From Candidatus Cloacimonadales bacterium (GTDB taxonomy: Bacteria > Cloacimonadota > Cloacimonadia > Cloacimonadales > JAFGVF01): a stretch of 64,000 nucleotides of DNA. Position 1 is the stretch's first letter. Each line of letters begins with the position of its first letter. Shown in pieces: positions 61,897 through 64,000 of the stretch. The stretch spans positions 2,432,001-2,496,000 of the forward strand of contig OY759729.1 in NCBI GenBank assembly GCA_963662585.1, written 5' to 3'. The translations under genes and the position numbers were made by a program. Under the pieces are notes generated by a model, which saw only the letters and a list, made by a program, of their open reading frames with translations, searched no databases and had not been told where the DNA came from.

Positions 61897-62021
61897 GATT
61901 TTTTAGCTATTATTATTTTCTCTATTAAACCCTTACAGGGTTACACGAATATTGGTTTGCCATACCCAGGGTCAATTTTTCTTCAAAAAATGAGACCCTG
62001 GGCTAATCTATTTAATCCCTT
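61897..62021 (+). repeat. ~125-bp hairpin repeat, copy 2
   Basis: Direct repeat of 60465-60588. Confidence 0.9.
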
Positions 62022-62184
62022 TGGGATTTAATAACTGGGGTTACGGACCTTTAGTCCGTGATTCCAACAGTCTGTATTTCAGACTGTTTTTAATTAATCC
62101 CTTTGGGATTTAAGATATATCATTACCTCGCAATAATGCGGGCTGGAAGCCCACATTCCCAGTTAAGAAGCCCCCCATCTTTTA

Positions 62185-62210
62185 ATTCTCCATTCTCCAT
62201 TCTCCATTCT
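62185..62210 (+). repeat. Heptamer tandem repeat (TTCTCCA)x3+
   Basis: ttctccattctccattctccattct next to the GH20-GH130 stop. Confidence 0.6.
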
Positions 62211-62215
62211 TAATT

Positions 62216-64000
62216 TCAAACTCCTTGTTCAATCAGCATCTTCTCAATAAAGAAGCGTAAGTTAGTTTCCACAAAGCCAATAGAAGTATCCGCTGCTCCA
62301 TAATAAAGGAAGAGGTCGCTATCATCGTTTACGAATCCTTGATTATCATAATCGAGGGCAATCAATCCAGTAGGGAATACAACATTGGGAACTTGTCCGA
62401 CGCATTCATAGCTTTCTCTTGGTTCGAGGAAGTTGTATTTAGAGCGGAAGATTACCTTAGCTGGGTTTTCTAAGTCTAGGAAAGAGAATCCTGCTTGATA
62501 GATATTGCTAGAAGCGAAATGGGTAGCGACTCCATGATAGATATGAAGCCAACCGTAGCGAGTTTTGATAGGAATAGGACCCGAGCCGATGAGTTCATCC
62601 CAGTAGTGAGGATTACCAGTCATGACAAGTTGCTGATTATCCCACTTGAGCAGGTCATCAGAATAGGAGAGATAGATGGAAGAACCTGTTTTTGTACCGT
62701 TCTGCAAGACCCTTTTATTTGGTCTTTCTAAGCGAGCAAATCTGCCATTTATTTTCTCTGGGAAGATTACACCATTCCTTACATCAGCATCTGAGACTAA
62801 TCCTTGAAAGTTAAGGCTTTTCAAATCTTCTGTAGTGAAGAGTCCCAGAAAGCAACCATCGGAAGTATCGATAGCAGTCATGACTAGTATTTTATTATCA
62901 AGATAAGTCAAGCGAGGGTCGTAAATATGGTAAATAATAGACTTTACTTTATCTAATCCTGTAAGCATAAGAGGCTCATTATCAATAGTAAAGTCTTTGC
63001 CATTATCACTTTCAGCTCTTACTAAAAGGCTTTCTCTTCCTCTGTTTTGGACTCTCATCAGCAGATAGAATTTATCATCTATTCTGATAGCTCCTGGATT
63101 GAAGACAGAGGAAACATCGGTAAGTTGGGGTAAATCAGAGCAGATATCTTCCCTAGTAATAAGTTCTTCTTTGATGAATTTATTATTATTGTCTAGATTG
63201 CTTGTAGAATAGTTTATATAGAGTTGGTCATAATAGCTAAGGAATCTTTTCAGATAGATAAGGAAGCGATTATAGTCTTTATTTTTGTGAGGAGTCCAGC
63301 AATTTTCAGCCAGAGCAATGATTCTAGGAAAAGCCATATATTCAAGTTTAGTCAGGGTTTCTATTCTCTCCGTCCAAATATTAGCTTGCATCCCTAGCAT
63401 TTTATCAGAGTGAAGAGCAGGGTAGTCATAATTATAAATATCAGCCAAAGAAGATACTCCAAAAGCCCCCATTTCATCTGGATTATGGCTCTGTTTCCAG
63501 TCCAAGTAGTAAGGGTGATTTGGGGTAAGAATATAGTTTAATCCTTGCCTATTAGCCTTAGCTACAGCATCTTTTGCATCTCCTCTCCAGCACATAAGGA
63601 TAGAATCAGCAGGACAAGTAGAATCAGCAATTTCATCCCAACCAATCAATCTTTTATTATGCTTTTTAAGAAGATTATCTAGGAAATTGGTAATCTCTGC
63701 TTGTAAATCTCGGTAGGAATTATATCCTTTTTCCTCCATTAATTTAGTGCAAGAAGGGCAATTTTCCCATTGAGAAGTTGGGCATTCATCACCACCAATA
63801 TGAAAATAGGGAGCAGGAAAGAGGGGAATAATCTCTTCTAAAAGTTCTTCAAGAAAAGAATAGACTTGAGGCTTGGAGGCAGAAAGAATCTGTTGAGAAA
63901 CTCCCCATTCATTCCACACTTGACAAGTCTCTAGTGAACAGGATAATTCTGGATAAGCAGCCAAAATAGCTTGAGTATGACCAGGTAAATCAATTTCAGG
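62216..64000 (-). CDS. GH20 beta-hexosaminidase / GH130 mannoside phosphorylase fusion (5' end beyond the window)
   Basis: Frame open to the window edge (PEIDLPGH); HIGGDE, WDE, YLD, NIWTE and FPR (GH20); VFNPGA, YDPR, RNGVIFPEKING, YHGV, VPNVVFP and YYGAADT (GH130). Confidence 0.9.
   Translation of the reverse strand, partial: PEIDLPGHTQAILAAYPELSCSLETCQVWNEWGVSQQILSASKPQVYSFLEELLEEIIPLFPAPYFHIGGDECPTSQWENCPSCTKLMEEKGYNSYRDLQAEITNFLDNLLKKHNKRLIGWDEIADSTCPADSILMCWRGDAKDAVAKANRQGLNYILTPNHPYYLDWKQSHNPDEMGAFGVSSLADIYNYDYPALHSDKMLGMQANIWTERIETLTKLEYMAFPRIIALAENCWTPHKNKDYNRFLIYLKRFLSYYDQLYINYSTSNLDNNNKFIKEELITREDICSDLPQLTDVSSVFNPGAIRIDDKFYLLMRVQNRGRESLLVRAESDNGKDFTIDNEPLMLTGLDKVKSIIYHIYDPRLTYLDNKILVMTAIDTSDGCFLGLFTTEDLKSLNFQGLVSDADVRNGVIFPEKINGRFARLERPNKRVLQNGTKTGSSIYLSYSDDLLKWDNQQLVMTGNPHYWDELIGSGPIPIKTRYGWLHIYHGVATHFASSNIYQAGFSFLDLENPAKVIFRSKYNFLEPRESYECVGQVPNVVFPTGLIALDYDNQGFVNDDSDLFLYYGAADTSIGFVETNLRFFIEKMLIEQGV

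Overview
AT-rich (~30% GC by eye) bacterial chromosomal segment. It probably comes from an anaerobic diderm of the Cloacimonadota/FCB type; this is inferred from several secreted proteins ending in YPNP...KGQ C-terminal sorting domains, a PorV-like barrel and a multimeric [FeFe]-hydrogenase. Ordinary content: lon, smpB, argF/arcB, glgP, yggS, an amidase, a nucleoside ABC system with an outer-membrane channel, an Mce/Mla-type ABC system, two acyl-CoA/ACP ligases, S8 and S41 peptidases, four tRNAs (Pro, Val, Val, Pro) and one intact IS4-like element with a 15-bp target duplication. The most unusual items are: (1) a tetrameric Hnd-like hydrogenase whose thioredoxin-like Fe-S modules have lost their Cys ligands and whose beta subunit has non-bifurcating motifs; (2) two tandem ~2.2-kb secreted beta-helix genes that are almost identical except for a ~350-bp exchanged segment; (3) mosaic intergenic repeats built from several hairpin families with compensatory base changes, some bracketing genes as direct repeats; (4) a PqiC-type lipoprotein fused to a probable beta-barrel; (5) a secreted superoxide-reductase-like protein paired with a DUF4405-like membrane protein; (6) a GH20-GH130 fusion. 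No CRISPR array, rRNA, reverse transcriptase or integrase was seen. All family calls are motif recognition by eye; no database search was run.
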